DNA of 36,067 bases from Octopus sinensis. Taxonomy: Eukaryota. The position numbers and the translations under genes were made by a program. The stretch is taken from NCBI RefSeq assembly GCF_006345805.1, contig NW_021828062.1, forward strand, positions 1 through 36,067. Reading direction: 5' to 3'. Of the stretch, positions 33,476 to 36,067 are shown one piece after another (the first letter of the stretch is position 1; every line of letters starts with the position of its first letter). The notes under the pieces were generated by a model, which made no database searches, was not told the origin of the DNA, and saw only the letters and a program-made list of their open reading frames with translations.

Positions 33476-35656
33476 ATAATTTCGTAGTTAAAAGATACTA
33501 TTCAGATGTGTGTGTGTGTGTTCTAATACCTTTGTGTTTACATAAACTTCTTATATATATCTTTTGAATTTATAATTACATCTATGAATAAGGCATAAAT
33601 ATATTTGAAATAACATATTTACTCCAGGATAATGCAATCTCAAATATAATGTGGTACCCATCCCCAATTTTTGAATCTAAAAGCAGTCTTACATTTTGTC
33701 TTACCTTTTTTCTTTTTTTACGCTTTACTGTTATGTGACCCCTTTATCAACTTTGACCCTGATTTCTCATACTATGCATGTGTAAATGCTCCTAGTTTGT
33801 AATTGTGTATACTGACTATGAAATATGAGTGCACATATGTACATTGAATCTAGAAACATATGTATAATTATACATATTGAATTTGAAATGTGTATGTAAT
33901 TATAAATGTGTGTGTATTGGCTATATATATATGTATATATATCTACATATATTTATATATATATATGTCTGTATTTGTGTATGCTGAATACAGAAATATG
34001 AAATGGCAAGTGTCTAAAGTGATAATCAATAGAAAAATCCTTTCTTGTATATTGACATGAAACCAGCATAAAAATCTTCACAGTTTTTCTTAGTTTTTCT
34101 GATGAAATCTTTGTTTGATTTTATCTTTTGTCACCTATTTTTACAGCTCTTTACATTCTTATATTTTGTGGATTAGTTGAATATAAACATGACGCTACTA
34201 CTACTTGTTTTGTCACTTGAGATTCATGTTACATTTTATAGCCAGCTGAAATCTTGATATATTCAATATTTTCTTTTTCTCAATTGTCATTTACCTGAGT
34301 TTATTTGAGTCACATACGTACACACGCACACACACACACACACAACACACACACACACCTTACACTACAATCACATTGGTTTGCTTACACCTATTCCTGT
34401 GCACTATTATATAGAGGTCACCATAACCTCACACACAAATATGTCTTCTTCTCCTCACTGTTTTCATTTGCAACTGTTCCGTGTTTTATGTGAGTCACGG
34501 GTTTTGATCTTTATTAACATAGAACTGAAACTGCTCATTGACATTATCAGTTTAGCTTTATCACATAATTGTTATTCTGCTATTTATTATCAATTAGTGA
34601 TACTTATATCAAGTAATAAACACTGGTCTGTTAAGTGATGTTTAACTTTGAATTGTCTCAAGTCTAATCCTTCTTTCATTTCTCTGAAACTTTTTCAGTA
34701 TTGTCTACTTTAAACCAATTACAGTTCCATAGGTAGTTTCATATCCATTTCCTATAAATTAATTTAAATTTAATAAGCCTACCTAATTGGAAATGAATTA
34801 CACTCTGTTACTTGTTAGTGTTTTCTCTACAAATTTTCAATGAAATATTTACTTCTGGAAATGATTTTATCTGTAAAAACTAACAAATTATTATCCTACA
34901 GTGTATTATAAAACTTCTGTCTTTTATAATAGACTGCTATTATTTCTTTAAAATAACTCCACTTTGTTTTTATTTCTTTTCAAGAATATACACCAGAGTG
35001 AACATTGAAGGAAGAAATGTTGTGAACAATTTATAATCTTCAGGAAGCAGTAAGTATTCATAACATAAACACTTGCAAGTGCTACAGATGATTTCTTTTT
35101 AAATATTTCTTTTAAGTAGATAAAACACATTCAACACTATCTTATTCAATGTTTTATTAATTTTCTCATCTCAGGAAAAAGCTGTTTTGGATTGTTTCAG
35201 TTTAATTAAATCTATTATTTAGGCTTAATTGCACTATTCATGACTTGATGGTGCTAATGAGGTTTCTGATGTCTAGCTATTTATTAAATATTTTGTTTTC
35301 TTTACATTGAAGGCAAATGTGTGATGGAAATACAACAAAATAGGCAGAAACAAAAACCATTGTTGAGTCAAAGGGAAATCCCAGCTACTATTCAGGCTTC
35401 AAAGTGGAATGGTGTTAATCCGTAAACATTATTAGAATTATAATGGATTTAGATAAGAAAATAAATTTAATATTGCCTCCTGGAAAACTCCATTAAAAGG
35501 TTGATATTCGAAATGAAGCTAGTGTAGAAAAATAGGAGAGAAAGATTATTTAAGACCAAAGGAGGTAACTGAACCAAGGATCAAGATCATAAGCTTTATC
35601 AAAAATATATCACTGGTAAATTGCTAAATATTGGTGTCAGTTTTCAATGTTTTCTC

Positions 35657-36067
35657 CTAAAATATTTGGTCACTAAAAGGTGATATAATTAGAAGAGCAA
35701 ACCTATGATGGAGGGTGTTCCAACCATGACCATCCCATTCTGTTTCAGGGCACAGTGTACACAGAACTACATTATTTAATGTCTCTTTATCTAAGATGGT
35801 GTGATTTGAGAGATATTTGGTTACTATTTCTCTTAGGCCAAACAACTTTGTTGAAGGTGTAATTTTTAGATATATTCCACAGGCTTTGTCAAGATGTTCC
35901 CCTGATTTAAAACTGGTTGCTAAAATGGTCATGAAGATGTATACAGTATGTAGCAGACCCTTGAAAGTAGGTACAGCATGATAAGAATAAGAAATTAGAA
36001 ACATTGGGTAGACCAAAAATTGTCTCCTGTTATTTTCTGAAGTAGTTTTACAATTGATGAAATGTTT
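35657..36067 (-). pseudogene. Open frame to the window edge (137 codons); possible decayed L1/Tx1-type C-terminal region
   Basis: The frame is open from 36067. 'KITPSTKLFGL...LSNHTIL' and, in another frame, 'CTYFQGSATYCIHL' loosely resemble the zf-RVT region. Weak. Confidence 0.25.

Noticed and set aside
35290-35430. Possible exon or Gypsy integrase-like peptide MEIQQNRQKQKPLLSQREIPA
   Set aside because: Short, with weak splice signals, and similarity too vague to support.

Overview
AT-rich, microsatellite-dense eukaryotic DNA with no intact protein-coding gene. The SINE and LINE families look like those of an octopus or other coleoid cephalopod (inference from recognised repeat types). The first ~3 kb resembles a divergent promoter region. 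It has a possible minus-strand gene (intron 921-552, ATG at 88, running off the window) and a plus-strand non-coding exon ending at a strong donor (2782/2783), so the rest may be one large intron. The remainder is degraded mobile DNA: several RTE-clade LINE fragments, two tRNA-derived SINE families (one sharing the RTE 3' tail), an internally deleted Tigger/pogo transposon with TIRs and TA TSD, and mariner and Jockey/CR1-like remnants. The most notable part is 26.3-33.0 kb. It contains a 153-nt near-perfect foldback hairpin, Penelope-like pseudo-LTR debris, and three hammerhead-ribozyme-like motifs, one with a non-canonical G3:C8 core. It also has a rearranged SINE, a 421/422-bp tandem duplication and an RTE-type LINE with a twin-priming-like 5' inversion. 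Most ORFs in the supplied track are microsatellite or antisense artefacts.
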